A stretch of 63,990 nt of DNA, filler included, from Chiloscyllium plagiosum (taxonomy: Eukaryota): assembly GCF_004010195.1 (NCBI RefSeq). It is 4 parts of one record of this genome, joined end to end, with 100 filler letters (N's around TTAATTAATTAA, not from the genome) between each part and the next. Parts side by side here need not be neighbours in the genome. Positions count along the whole stretch, not along the records: positions 1 to 31,857 come from NC_057710.1; positions 31,958 to 46,934 come from NC_057710.1; 2 more parts are not named here. One strand, written 5' to 3'. Each line of letters begins with the position of its first letter. Position 1 is the stretch's first letter. Shown here piece after piece: positions 25,861-38,687 of the stretch. A model generated the notes under the pieces. The model made no database searches, was not told the origin of the DNA, and saw nothing but the letters and a program-made list of their open reading frames with translations. A program made the translations under genes and the position numbers.

Positions 25861-27229
25861 GTCATCCAAAAAAGGATTTTTAATCAGTACTTAAACTGTA
25901 TGAGCTAGATATCCCTGTATCGAAAAAGCATATTTTAAGGAGAAGGTGCAGTATCAGCTGCATGCCTTAAAATGAAATGTTATATGGACAGCGAACCACT
26001 AACAGTCACAAAACTGCTGAATCTGCAAAAGTACCATCAATTTAATAGCGTTAACCTGACAAAACTAATTGTGAGGAATTAATCTCCTGTATCCCACTGA
26101 TATTGAATCCCAGACTGCGCATTCACAAGGAGACTGTGCTACTGGCACTGAACTTCATGTAAGAGGAGAGGAGAAAACTACATATCGAGGTCGTTCTCCC
26201 AACACAGGAATATCAAAATATGTACTTGCACATTGAAAGGTGCTTTTACAATCTCACATCACTGTTATGGTGCTGCTCCCTCTGATAACATCAAGATTCT
26301 CTCTTTCTTTGGGATTGGCGATAGTAGCAACATGTAGTAGCAACTTGTAAACATTGCTGCTGAAGTGAGAGGCTGCCATGGCAGATTTTAGGGAAGTAAT
26401 TGTAGAGAGCTTATGTCTGTGACTGAAGCTGTTTATTCCGCAGCTGGGCCCAGAGCCAGTGACATGTAGGATTGTGGCTGGATATCAAGCTATGTATAGA
26501 GCCTAGTAAATGTGTGAAGTCATTTCAGGAGACCCAGATGCTCAGGTAACTGTGCACATGCAGGCTTGGATGTGTTCTGTTATATATCTCTTACTGGAGA
26601 ATCAACTCCACAGTATAAAAATGGTAATATTTACTAGTACCAGCAGACCTTGACAATATTGCAGAAGCAATTTAGAAAGTAGAGTACAATAATAAGGAAG
26701 ATTAATCTATGGCAGTTCCGGACAATGCATAAAGAGGGTATTAAATCAGAGTAATCTGTCTCAGTGCTGAGTGATGGTATAAAAATTTCAGAAAGAAATG
26801 TAAATAGTGCCATTCAATCTTCTTTTTGTTAAATCGTTTTAACATTTTTATATTGTTCAATTCTAGGAAATCAGCAGACTAAAGCCACGTTCTCTGAGCT
26901 GAACTGTGCTAGGCTCTATTTTTATACAAAATCCCACTTGGAATGTAAATACATATGATTAGTTCTTTGTGCTCATATAATTAAAAATAACAGCTAAATT
27001 GTAGAGCAATTTCTTTGGATATTGTTGGCTGCTGTCAAGTTGTATTTTGTTGATCTATAAAAAATTGCGCACCTTTGGGATTCCTGACAAATATTTCTAA
27101 GTATTTTGCTTTACTGGGGAAAAGAAATAAAAATGGAAAAGGTAAAACTATAGAGAGAGGGTTTGAGCAGAAGGAGAGAACCAAGTCATTGATCAGGTAG
27201 ATTAGAGTGAGTTGGAGGGACCAAATATT

Positions 27230-27855
27230 TATAGAACATAGAACATTACAGCGCTTGATGTTGTGCCGATCTGTAAAACCAATCTGAAGCCCATCTCACC
27301 TGCACTATTCTATTTTCATCCATATGTTTATCCAATTACCATTTAAATGCCCTTAAAGTTGGTGAATCTACTACTGTTGCAGGCAGTGTGTTCCACAACC
27401 CTACTACTCTCTGAGTAGAGAAACTGCCTCTGACATCTGTACTGTATCTATCATCCCTCAATTTCAAGCATTGTTCCCGCATGCTGGCCATCACCATCTG
27501 AGGAAAAAGGCTCTCACTGTCCACCCAATCTAACCCCATTATGTTAGATGTCTCAATGATGTCACCTCCCAACCTTCTTCTCTCTAACGAAAACAGCCTC
27601 AAGTTCCTCAGCCTTTCCTCGTAAGACCTTCCCTCCATACCAGGCAACATCCTAGTAAATCTCCACTGAATCCTTTCCAAAGCTTCAACATCCTTCCTAT
27701 AATGAGGTGACCAGAACTGTACGCAATTCCAAGTGTGGCCACACCAGATTTTTGTGCAGGTGCAACATGACCTCATGGCTCTGAAACTCAGTCCCTCTAC
27801 TAATAAAAACTAACACATCGTATGCCTTCTTAACAGCCCTATCAACCTGGGTAGC
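27230..27855 (-). mobile_element. CR1 3' fragment
   Basis: ORF 27336-27776 CVQFWSPHYRKDVEALERIQWRFTRMLPG. Confidence 0.9.
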
Positions 27856-28044
27856 ATTATTTATGAAAAAAAGGTGGAATAGCCAGCGAGAACCTGGTCA
27901 AAGATGGGCTAGATGGGAGTGACAAGGCTCTTAGTCAAAATGCTTTGGGAAGTCCTTTGAAATTTAGGATGCCAATGGAAAAGTGGAGAGATGTATTAAC
28001 AGCTCTTCACAGAGCAGGAACGCTGTGGGCTAATGAGTAGTCTT

Positions 28045-28560
28045 AAATTGTGCGCAGTTCTGGTCTCTTTATTTGAGGAAGGATCTCCTGGCTTTGGAAA
28101 CGGTGTAGAGGAGGTTCACCAGGTTGATTCCAGAGATGAAGGGAAATACCTGATGAGGAGAGATTGAGTCGACTGAAACTGTACTCACTAGAGTTTAGAA
28201 GAATGAGAGGGGATCTTATGGAAATTTATAAAATTATGAAAGTGAATTGATAAAATAGAGACAGGTAAGTTGTTTCTGCTGGTGGATGAGACTAGGGCGA
28301 GGGGACATGAACTCAAGATTAGGGGGAGTAGATTTCGGACAGAGATAAGGAAGAACTGCTTTTTCCAGAGAGTAGTGAATCTATGAATTCTCTGCCCGAG
28401 AAAGCAGCAGGCAACTTCATTAAATATATTCAAGGCACAGTTGGATGGGTTTTTGCATGGTAGGGAAATTAAGGGGATAATACAGATAGGAGGAGCTGAG
28501 ATGCTGGAGCAGGCTTGATGGGCCAAATGGCCTACTGCTGCTCATATTACTATTATACTA
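28045..28560 (+). mobile_element. CR1 3' fragment
   Basis: CAQFWSLYLRKD..ALE and QRVVNL motifs plus 3' UTR. Confidence 0.85.
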
Positions 28561-30925
28561 TGATAATATGATTAATATCGGGTAAAGGAACTGAGGTCAA
28601 GGAGAAGCTCACCAATAAAATCAAAGGGAGTTGATATTCATTGGTAAACTTGGAGATAGATAGGATGAGGCCCCTTAAGATTTGAATGTCAGAGTAAGAT
28701 TTTATGGGTGCCCTTCTGGGGTAACCAATGCAACTTGGAGATGACTCAAATGATGGGATTGGGCCTGCCGGGGTGTTGTGTGGTTTGATATTGGATGTCA
28801 TGTGCAGAGGAGCATGTGGGATCTTGACATTTTGAATGAATTGAAGGTGGTGGAGATACATGGGAGCAGACTGTCAGTTCATACCCTCAGGCAAGCAAAA
28901 GCTGGCATATGGTTGTGGGGCAAGTAATGAAAAGAACAGGAAAATAACAGTCATCCTAAAAAATAGGACAGAAAGAGAGATGACTCTTATAGTATAGTAC
29001 AGAAAGGGCCAGGAGATCAGCATCAGGCACCCAGATCAGCTGAACACAGATCTTTTGTTTGGCAACTGAGTTGAAGGCAGCAATAAAAGATTAAGTTATC
29101 TTTAACATACAATTTCAAATCATTCAATGAGCACCAATGTACACTCAGGAGGCTAAACCTTTGCATAACGGTCAGCTAATTCTGGTACCATCATTGGTTT
29201 CATGTCCAGAGTCAAAGCCTTCTGCCATTGCCTTTTATCTAATAAGGCAGTCATAACAATCCAGAGCCAGGTTCAAACAAAAGGACTGAGGTCACGCATT
29301 CTCAGTTGCCCCCTTTCCCAAAGTGCAGTGATTTTATTCTTAGAGCAGTGAAGGTCATCAGGGAAATCAGTAATAAGGTGGGATGGTGACTGGGGGAGAC
29401 TTACAACTAACACAGTTTTCATTTGGCACCTATAAATGCAGCCTTTTACAGCTGTGATGAAATAATGATCGGGAGCAGCACTTTTTTAAATCCAAGAGAC
29501 CCCAAAATCAGTAATAAATCGAGATCACTGTGACCAGCAAAAGTAATCAAATCGGGCTGCCCACTGTTCTTTAGGATTTTGTTGCACACAGACATTTACG
29601 TTGACCGTATTCAATTCTTAGGTGAAGAAACTTTACTTTTGGCATCAAAGAGGCCTGGTCATATTTAACTAACAGTGTGAGCTCCTTAAACAGAATGGCG
29701 ACTGTGAAGCAGCTTGCTGGGTTGGAGCTAGCCCCAGTAAAGAACTACAGAGTGGCTGCCAGGCCAGTTATAAAGTTAAGGATGCTGGGAAGGTGGAGAC
29801 AGGCTAGCAGTGTCCATGATTACTTTTGTTGACCTGGAGAAGCACTTCTGCTCCTCTTGGCTGCATCAAACATAATTTCGCACTTATCTTTCCAGGGCCT
29901 CTTCCCAACATCACCACAGATACTGTTCAGAGTGTGCACATCACAACCTGTTCGAAAATTAGAATGAGTGCCTGATATCTTGTTATGTTGCATCAATTTT
30001 TGCTTTCTATTTCTCCTGTGAAGTGTCATAAAATGGATTATTATGTTAAAGGTGTCAGTTTGTTAGTTCAAGTTGCCATTGTTGATGTAGGATTCCATTT
30101 CCTCTATTAAAAGGAGTTCAGCTGCCCAGTGGCAGACCCTGTTAAAGTGTCTGTGGGCAGAGTGTCGGTGTTAATGGAGCAGTAAGTCTACAAATTTCAT
30201 TTTGAGGCTATTACTGCCCCATTACTGCTGACTTCAGCAAGTTGTACATGACCCCAGCCATTGAAGGAGCTACACCCAACATATTTAAAGGATCTGGGTG
30301 GTCTGGAATTTTGTTTGTAAAACAAAAGCCTGGGTTCATAACCCTGCCAACATGATGACATCTTCACTGAGTGTTGATACCTTCAGTTTCACCAATTCAC
30401 ATGTGCCGAAGCAATGGGGAACAAGGAAACCAGCTATTTGATTTACAGTGACAAAATTTGATGCATTTTATTTCCATGCTGATGCAAACATCGACATTTC
30501 TATCTGTTAAAGGATTTGAGGGTTTGCATTAGAACTTGGCTAAAGATTTGACTCTGGTTATGACATGCGTTATAAGTGTATAAGTTTCCTCAATAGTTAA
30601 AAACAGTGAGCAGTGAGAGATTGGAAGCATTAGAATCAATGCACTAAAATGACTTGGGAAACAAATCTCTCCATCGTGGGAAGATACAGACAACTAATGT
30701 TTGCTGGCAGGAAAGTAGGAAACGGGGTTGGGAAATGTTCTAATTTAGCTCATATCCAAGAAAATTAGATCTCAAGATGTCTTATTTTATTAGTTTATGA
30801 TAAGAGAAGAGTAATGGAAATAACATACACTTACATATCAGTGAAATGGAAGGAAATGTACTTCTAAATCCTCCTTTCTCAGCTGAAGTTTGATTAACTG
30901 TTTCTAGCTACAGTGAGCAAAGAAT

Positions 30926-31211
30926 GTGGCACAGTGGTTAGCACTGCTGCCTCACAGCGCCAGAGACCGGCTTCAATTCCCACCTCAGGCGACTGACTGT
31001 GTGGAGTTTGCACATTCTCCCCGTGTCTGTGCGGATTTGCTCCGGTTTCCTCCCACAGCCCAATAGTGTGCAGGTTAGGTGAATTGGCCATGCTAAATTG
31101 CCTGTAGTGTTAAGTGAAGGAGGGGAATGGGTCTGGGTGGGTTGCGCTTTGGCAGGTCGGTGTGGACTTGTTGGGCCGAAGGGCCTGTTTCCACACTGTA
31201 ACTAATCTAAT
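30926..31211 (+). mobile_element. HE1-type tRNA-derived SINE (V-SINE superfamily)
   Basis: A-box-like TGGCACAGTGG, B-box-like TTCAATTCC, V-domain TGTGTGGAGTTTGCACATTCTCCCCGTGTCTG, (AATCT)n tail. Confidence 0.88.
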
Positions 31212-31715
31212 GGTTGAATGGAACATACTGCAAGCACATAAATTGCTGGTGAACATCAGCTGGTCTGGCAGCATTTGTGGGGTGAAAGAAGTGATAATGT
31301 TTCGAATCCAGTGACTATTCATCAGAACTCTATTATTTGTGTCACTCTCAACTCATTCTAACCTTTCTGCCAATCTTTACCATCCTAAAAATAAATGAAC
31401 ATGTCTGTAAAATTTTAATATTGATACTAAAGACATGGTCCATATCTTACGGTTTGGAGCAAAGTGGAGGCCAATAACCCATAGGCTACCCCGATCAGAT
31501 TGTCTCTCGCTAACTGTTGTACAAACTCATAGAAGGTCCCGAAGGCCCAATCTCCCTCATATTACCCTGGAAGAGTAAAGTATCTCAAAAGCTTGAAGAG
31601 GAGGTGATGCTAGATGTTTCTTATTGCTTTGTGGGTTGTCGTCCCAGAGATTGGTGGATCATATAAAACGGCAACTCTCTCGGCTGTTTGCAACAAGCAA
31701 TCTACTGACTGTGGT

Positions 31716-31857
31716 AAAAACAATGACTGCAGATGCTGGAAACCAGATTCTGGATCAGTGGTGCTGGAAGAGCACAGCAATTCAGGCAGCATCCGAGGAC
31801 AGGCAAAATCGACGTTTCGGGCAAGAGCCCTTCATCAGGAATAAAGGCAAAGAGCCT
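31716..31857 (-). mobile_element. PLE-derived insert, family A, intact hammerhead-like core at 31811-31838; runs into a gap
   Basis: Reverse complement reads CTGATGA-A-GGGC-TCTT-GCCC-GAAA-CGTC; closely matches 70-175. Confidence 0.75.
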
Positions 31858-31957
31858 NNNNNNNNNNNNNNNNNNNNNNNNNNNNNNNNNNNNNNNNNNN
31901 NTTAATTAATTAANNNNNNNNNNNNNNNNNNNNNNNNNNNNNNNNNNNNNNNNNNNN
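31858..31957. other. 100-bp scaffold gap with artificial TTAATTAATTAA spacer
   Basis: 44 N + TTAATTAATTAA (31902-31913) + 44 N. Confidence 0.97.
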
Positions 31958-32450
31958 AGGATGTGGAAGCTTTGGAAAGGGTGCAGAGGAGATTTACTAG
32001 GATGTTGCCTGGTATGGAGGGAAGGTCTTACGAGGAAAGGCTGAGGAACTTGAGGCTGTTTTCGTTAGAGACAAGAAGGTTGAGAGGTGACTTAATAGAG
32101 ACATATAAGATAATCAGAGGGTTAGATGGGGTGGACAGGGAGAGCCTTTTTCCAAGTATGGTAATGGCGAGCACGAGGGGCATAGCTTTAAATTGAGGGG
32201 TGATAGATATAATACAGATGTCAGAGATAGTTTCTTTACTCAAAGAGTAGCAAGGGTATGGAATGCTTTGCCTCCAACGGTAGTAAATTTGCCAACTTTA
32301 AGTACATTTAAGTCGTCATTGGATAAACATATGGACGTACATGGAATAGTGTAGGTTAGATGGGCTTCTGATTGGTATGACAGGTCGGCGCAACATCGAG
32401 GACCGAAAGGCCTGTACTGCGCTGTAATGTTCTAAGTTCTATGTCCTATG
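31958..32450 (+). mobile_element. CR1 3' end
   Basis: ORF 31963-32196 EALERVQRRFTRMLPGMEGRSYEERL; TTCTATG tail. Confidence 0.9.
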
Positions 32451-32749
32451 TACTTTATATGTCTGCTAATTTGCCGATCTATCAAATTAGTACTAAAACT
32501 AAAAGCTATTAAAGTTCCTCCTTTTTAAAATGATATTTTCAGTGTAGAACTTGGTTTTCCTTTACCAATATGGCAATTTCATCCAAGTGAATGAAGATAC
32601 TCTTTTTCCAAGATGACTGAAGAATTTCTCAAATACTTGTGGACAGAACCCTTCTCAAAACGTCTTCAATCAATAAGATACTTTTCTGACTGTAACAAAG
32701 ATCGCTGTCATGACATCATCCTCACCAACCTTTTCTATGTATTTGAAAT

Positions 32750-32985
32750 TTGCAGCACTGAGGGAGAGCTGCCCAATCAGTAATGCAAGGTTATATATGA
32801 AACTGTTACCCAGTATGACCTCTGAAGCAGATACAAAAAGATGTCATGGCATTCTTCAAAGGAGTTCTCCCAATATCTAACCATCACTCAAGCAGAGTAT
32901 TTGGTCATCTATCTGTCTTGTTGCTGTTTGTGGGATCTTGCTCTGTGCAAGTTTCCATGTTACAACAGTGACTACTTTTCAAAAA
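32750..32985 (+). mobile_element. Deu-domain SINE relic (SacSINE1/AmnSINE1-like)
   Basis: TTGCTGTTTGTGGGATCTTGCT..GTGCA and TTACAACAGTGACTAC.TTCAAAA match the Deu-SINE core as I recall it. Confidence 0.65.
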
Positions 32986-34413
32986 CCATGTTTTATAAAG
33001 TGAAAAGGTGAAACTTAGGCAGATACCGAAAACTTCATCCAATTTAACTTCCATGGTTTATGACATTATCCAAACAATCTGATTTTGCTGTTTGACTTCT
33101 AAATCTATCATTCTGCATATTTAATCAGTTGACTAGTATGGCTTTGTGCCTTGAATTATTTAACATGCAATAATTTGTAAAGGCAAATTACGTGCATTGT
33201 TTATCAGTCTGCATCATTGCTTAATAACTGAGGCGCCATCTCCAATGGAAATAAAGCAGCTAATCACAAGTATGGGAGGTAATGAAAACAGCCAATTAGT
33301 GTAAACACAGTTAAAAGCTTTGCATGACAAGAGACTGATTCCCAGAAAGCACTGCAAGCAATTAAACTAATGATGTCAAGACTGCTCTGCATTCAGCTGC
33401 TAAAATGAAAAAAAAGATTGCTTAATTAAAGGATGAGAGTTGTGTTTAATTAGAAGCAGTCAAGATTTGCGAGCTGGGATGTTTGTTTAGTGATTTGCAG
33501 TAATAGAGTTATTATTGAGTTTGAAGACTGTTATATTACACCACAGAATAAACAAAAACAAATTAGCAGTATTCCTCTGTAATGAGCTGTCCTGTCATGG
33601 TTAGATTAATCCCCGTCTTAAAAATGCAGTGTTAATTTTATGCATCACTGCTGCCCACAGTAAAAATCAATGAAACTACAATAAACTTGTAAAAAAACAT
33701 CAATTTACTTATTTTGGAAAATCACAGTTTAGCACTTAATGGTTTTGCTCTAATGCTGTCCTACAAATAAATAACATGTTTCGATTTTGCACTGATTAAT
33801 TTTTGAATGGATAATAAATGCTGCTGCTTACGAAGTCTGAGCTGATTTAAGGAATCAGTATTTACAATCTACAAAATCTCTTCCAGCCAATTCAGTCATA
33901 AAGCCAAATTATCTTCCTGGTGTTAATGTTGTAGAGGGGTTGGTGAGTGCCAAATGTATGAATTCATTACAATGTTAGATATAGAAAAGATGGCCATGGA
34001 TTTCAAATCATTTAAATGGAGTCGTGAAAATAATGCTGCCTGTTAGCCCTGTTGTGGCATGCTCATTGGTCAGAGGCCATGGGTTTTTGTTCCATTGGGC
34101 AGAGGCCATGAGATCTGTACCATCTGTTCCATCCTGATTGCAGCCATAAAAACTGGTAACCAAGATCCTTTGCCTGCTTATCAAATTTCAATTAAGCACA
34201 GCAATGTTACTGATCATACCAAAATTATTTTGGGGCCTGTACTGTAAACAAGATTTTGCTGAGCTTGCATGCGATGGAGAATCAGTAAGTCTTGGGTTAG
34301 GGAAGTCACTGCAAGTTCAAATCTAGCTCGAGTGATCTTGGTCTCAAGTTGAAATATGGTGCTGATGTTTGTTTTTTTGATGATGTTAAAGTTTTTGTTT
34401 CCAAGCAGAAGTA

Positions 34414-34667
34414 GGCGGCACGGTGGCACAGTGTTTACCTCCTGAGAGTGAAGGGGATGAGTATCGTGATTGTAGCGAGGTCAACCAGGTGGACCTCACA
34501 TAATATGAGTTCCCTATGTGCAGGTCAGGTGAATTGGCCATGCTAAATTGTCTGTAGTGCTAGGTAAGGGGTAAATGTAGCGGTATGGGTGGGTTGTGCT
34601 TCGGCGGGTCGGTGTGGACTTGTTGGGCCGAAGGGCCTGTTTCCACACTGTAAGTAATCTAATCTAA
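34414..34667 (+). mobile_element. Rearranged HE1-type SINE (5' tip and 3' half, with foreign sequence between)
   Basis: GGCGGCACGGTGGCACAGTG at ~34414; 3' half from ~34518 matches 31068-31211. Confidence 0.75.
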
Positions 34668-34859
34668 GTGTTGAAAGCGACTGGTATGGCACTTTGTTTG
34701 TCAGACGTGTCCAAAAGGCAGTGGCTAGAAATTGGCCTGTTTTTTGGGCACAAACCAATGGCCCACAATTGGGAAACCTGCAGCCAATTCTTATTGGGCT
34801 TCCTTTAACTTAGTTACCCAGGCAGCAAGTACCTACTATTATCTCCACAGGTGTCTTGC

Positions 34860-35025
34860 CTATTTTACAGTTAGGAGAAAGTGAGGACTGCAGATGCTGG
34901 AGATCAGAGCTGAAAATGTGTTGCTGGAAAAGTGCAGCGGGTCAGGCAGCTTTTCTAACTGTAAAATAGCTGAAAATGTGTTGCTGGAAAAGCACAAGAC
35001 ATTTTCAGCTATTTTACAGTTAGGA
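34860..35025 (-). mobile_element. Short PLE-derived insert with 17-bp target duplication and inverted target copy
   Basis: CTATTTTACAGTTAGGA at 34860-34876 and 35009-35025; the insert matches the family A tail. Confidence 0.75.
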
Positions 35026-35359
35026 CCATCAGCAACCCGAATGCAAAGATTGGGGAATAGGGTAACAATGGGGACAATATTTAGTCAGGGAGAGTCCTCA
35101 TGGCACCTCTTTAAAACACTTATTGTTGTTTAGGCCACAGAAACATTTTAGGAATCACAAGCAAAGCATACTTCACACTAGCTCAAATCATCACAAAGCA
35201 ATTTTGTTGGTGTGTCTTAATAGGATTACACCGTCATTCACATACCTAAGAGCTGTGACATGTAATTTCTGTTGATCGTCCAGGAAATGATCCAAAGCAG
35301 TATCCAGTTATGTGTTTGTGTTTCAGATTTCTGAAAATGTCCCCAGTTCAGAAAACTTT

Positions 35360-36310
35360 TTACACCTCCATTCTATTTACCAAATATCATAACTTCACAT
35401 TATTTTCCATCTGCCACTTCTTTGCTCACTTTCCTAGCCTGTCCAGGTCCTTCTGTAGCTTCCCCATTTCCTCAGTACTACCTGTCCCTCCATTCATCTT
35501 TGTGTCATCTGCAAACCTAGCAGCAATGCCCTCAGTTTCTTCATCCAGGTTATTAATGTATAACATGAATAGTTGTCCCAACATAAACCTCTGTGATACT
35601 CCAATGGTCACCACCTGCCATCCTGAAAAAAAACCCTTTATCCCCACTCTCTGCCTTCTGTCAGTCAGCCAATCCTTTATCCATGCCAGAACCTCCTCAT
35701 GGGCTCTTATCCTATTTAGGATCAGTGCTGGAAGAGCACAGCAATTCGGGCAGCATCCGATGAGCAGCAAAATCGATGTTTCGGGCAAAAGCCCTTCATC
35801 AGGAATATTTTACCTCTTATCCTATTTAGCAGACCCCTGTGTTGCATTTTGTCAAAGGCTTCTGGAAATCCAAATAAATCAAGTCCACTGGCTCTCCTTT
35901 GTTGAATTACTCATTACCTCCTCAAAGAATTCTAAAAGATTTGTCAGACATGGCCTCCCTTTGATGAAGCTGTGTTGAGTCAGCCTATTTTACCATGCAC
36001 TTCCAAGTATTCTGCAATCTCATCCCTAACAATGGACTATAATACCTTACCAATGACTGAGGTCTGCATATCTGGCCTAATGTTTCCTATCTTCTGCCGC
36101 ACTCCCTCCTTTACATTAATAATTTTCCACGACTCTCCCTGATTCCAGTGATTCCTGAAAGATCACCTCTACATTCTCATTAACAATTTCCTTCAGAACT
36201 CTGGGGTATAGTCCATCAGTCTGAGTGATTTATCCACCTTCAGATCTTTCAGATTCTCCAGCACATTTTCTTTAGTGATGGCCACTACACTAACCTCTGA
36301 CCCCTGACTT
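35360..36310 (-). mobile_element. CR1 RT fragment with a PLE-derived insert at 35720-35813
   Basis: ORF 35426-35788 WIKDWLTDRRQRVGI...LYINNLD...RFADDTK; insert flanked by CTCTTATCCTATTTAG duplications. Confidence 0.85.
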
Positions 36311-36771
36311 ACAAGATCACCAGGGTAGATTGTCATTCAAAACTTTAATTGAATGCAAGTTTCACCATCTGCCAAGGTGGGATTCAAACCCATGAACATG
36401 GAATGTTTCTGGTCCTCTGGATTACTAGACAGATGACATTACCACTACACCACCACCTTCCCTAGCTTGGTAAATGCTGGATGCAGACCCAATTTAAAAT
36501 CCCTGGATTTTAAATTGGGTCTGCATCTTTGTGATAGAACATATGGAAAAGTTTGCTTACTGTACTTGAGTAACAGACCACCGTCCTGTAAATTCAAGCT
36601 TGTGGTTTACAGAATCTCCCTGAGTGACGGATGCACTGTCAAATTTCAGTGACAAGTCTGTGTTCTGGGAAGCTAACAACAAGCAGGAAACCTGCTAGAA
36701 ATGTGCAATGTTTTGGAGTTGGCAACCAGATATTATTATTAAGAATACAAGTAGGTCAGCACTGCACTCGA

Positions 36772-36980
36772 AATTCCTGATGAAAGGCTTTTGCCTGAAA
36801 TATCGATTTTCCTGCTTCTTGGATGCTGCCTGACCTGCTGTGCTTTTCCAGCACCACTCTAATCTTGACTACACTCAAAATGTTAATTCAGCTTGTTCAG
36901 TACAGATGCTGCCAGACCTGCTGAGATTCCTCCAGCACTTTCTATTTGTGTTTCAGATCAACGGCATTCACAGTTCTTTG
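36772..36980 (+). mobile_element. PLE-derived inserts (family A followed by family B tail)
   Basis: CTGATGA-A-AGGC-TTTT-GCCT-GAAA-TATC at 36777-36804, then GATGCTGCCAGACCTGCTGAG. Confidence 0.7.
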
Positions 36981-37854
36981 ATATATTTTAGTTCCTTGAG
37001 CCTGTTCTGCCATTTAATCTGTTCATAGTTAAGCTGCAGCTCAATTCCATTTATTCTCTTATGCACCACACTACTTGATACCACTCCCAAATATTAATCT
37101 ATCAATCTCAATCTTGTAAATATTCATTAGTTATTCTACAATTCACAGCCTTTTGAGAGAGAAAGTTTCAGATTCCATTACACTTCACATGATCACGGTT
37201 CTGATTACACTGCTAAATTGTCAAGCTGTAACTTTGAGATTTATTCCCCTTTGTTCTAGTTTCTCTCACAAGTATTTGCCTGATCAAATTGTTTTGCCAT
37301 TTAAACGCCCAAATTAGATTACTTCACAAACTTTTAACTTTAAAAGGATAGGAGCCAAGTCTATGCAACTTATCTTCACAATGTAATTTTCTTTAAACCT
37401 TGATAAAATTGAGTGTTTTTACATTATACTACACCAACACTCCCAGCCTGTTCTACAAGACCAAATATCCTTCCCGAGATGTGATGTCCAGAACTGAGCT
37501 TTGTCCTCTAAGTAGGGAGGAAATGAGTAATTGGATCTTGACACCCGTCTTAGAAGTTATTGGCCTGATTAGTGATTTTAGATTTTTTAAAAATTAAATT
37601 GGTTTCCACTTAACTCAGGATGTAGCTTTTATAAGTAATGCTGCATGATAAGGTTATTATAAGATTTTAACAGTGTATTTCTTTTACCAGTGCCAAGAAC
37701 TAATTACAGTTAACGTTAAAATTTCAACAGCATTATCAGCACAAGTCACCACTGATCATTAATGGGAAAAGACTTTAGAAAGAACCAGTAAATACTACAG
37801 TTACAAAAGCAGTTGCTTAATTAATTAGGATATAAAACCAACATATAACAGGAT

Positions 37855-38069
37855 GCAAAAACCGAATGAACCGCTGATGCTGTAAATCAGAAACAAAAGT
37901 AGAAATTGCTGGAAATGCTCAGCGGGTCCGGCAGCATCTGTGGAGAGAAATCAGAGTTAACGCTTCGGGTCGAGTGACCTTTCTTCAGAACTGAGTTCTG
38001 AAGGTCCCAGGAATGGTCACTCGATCCAAAACGTTAACTCTGATTTCGCTCCACAAATGCTGCCAGACC
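37855..38069. mobile_element. Fold-back PLE-derived element, family B
   Basis: Imperfect inverted repeat 37925-37992 vs 37994-38069, centred on CTTCAGAACT-G-AGTTCTGAAG. Confidence 0.75.
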
Positions 38070-38687
38070 ATATAATAGGATATAGCTACTTTTATATAGG
38101 ATTAAAAAGGTACAATTCAGTCTCCAGATCAGAGGATAATGTAAGAGCCATCTGCATTACAACAATCTGGTTGTTTTCTGGTCTTGGGCAACTGATCGAC
38201 TTCAGCCCCTATCGTTTTTGCATAATGGCACTCAGAAACATCCACATCAACTTAAGTAGGCAGTTTCAGATTTAACTGAAGTATGTTGGTGCACTGACCT
38301 GCCATTTTCCAAACTTCACAACTTACTTGAAATAGTTCATTTGGGTAAATTAATCATTTAATTTGCAGGTGTGATTGCTAGTTTGTGTTGTTTGTAGTTG
38401 ATCTCTGCTCAGAGAGTATTGGAAAAGGAGCAGTTTTTCTCAATGGCAATGTGCCAGTGAAGAAAGATCAACTAACATTCTGAATACTATCCAGCTTTCA
38501 GCTTTTACAGCCTGTAACATGTTGGTTTTACTATCCATTGCCATTTTCTAACAGTTACTATTTTGGCGCGTCAGAGAAGGACACACTCAAGTTGGTTGTA
38601 GTTTTCTCAACCATTTTGCCAAGTAGCCTGTGGATTCTGAAGAAGGGTCACTGGACTCGAAACATTACCTCTCATTTTTCTCCCCAG

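Noticed and set aside
30926..31000. tRNA gene
   Set aside because: A/B boxes belong to a SINE head; no cloverleaf, and it continues into the V-domain.
35310..35978. 222-aa + strand ORF
   Set aside because: Antisense of a CR1 RT plus a PLE insert.
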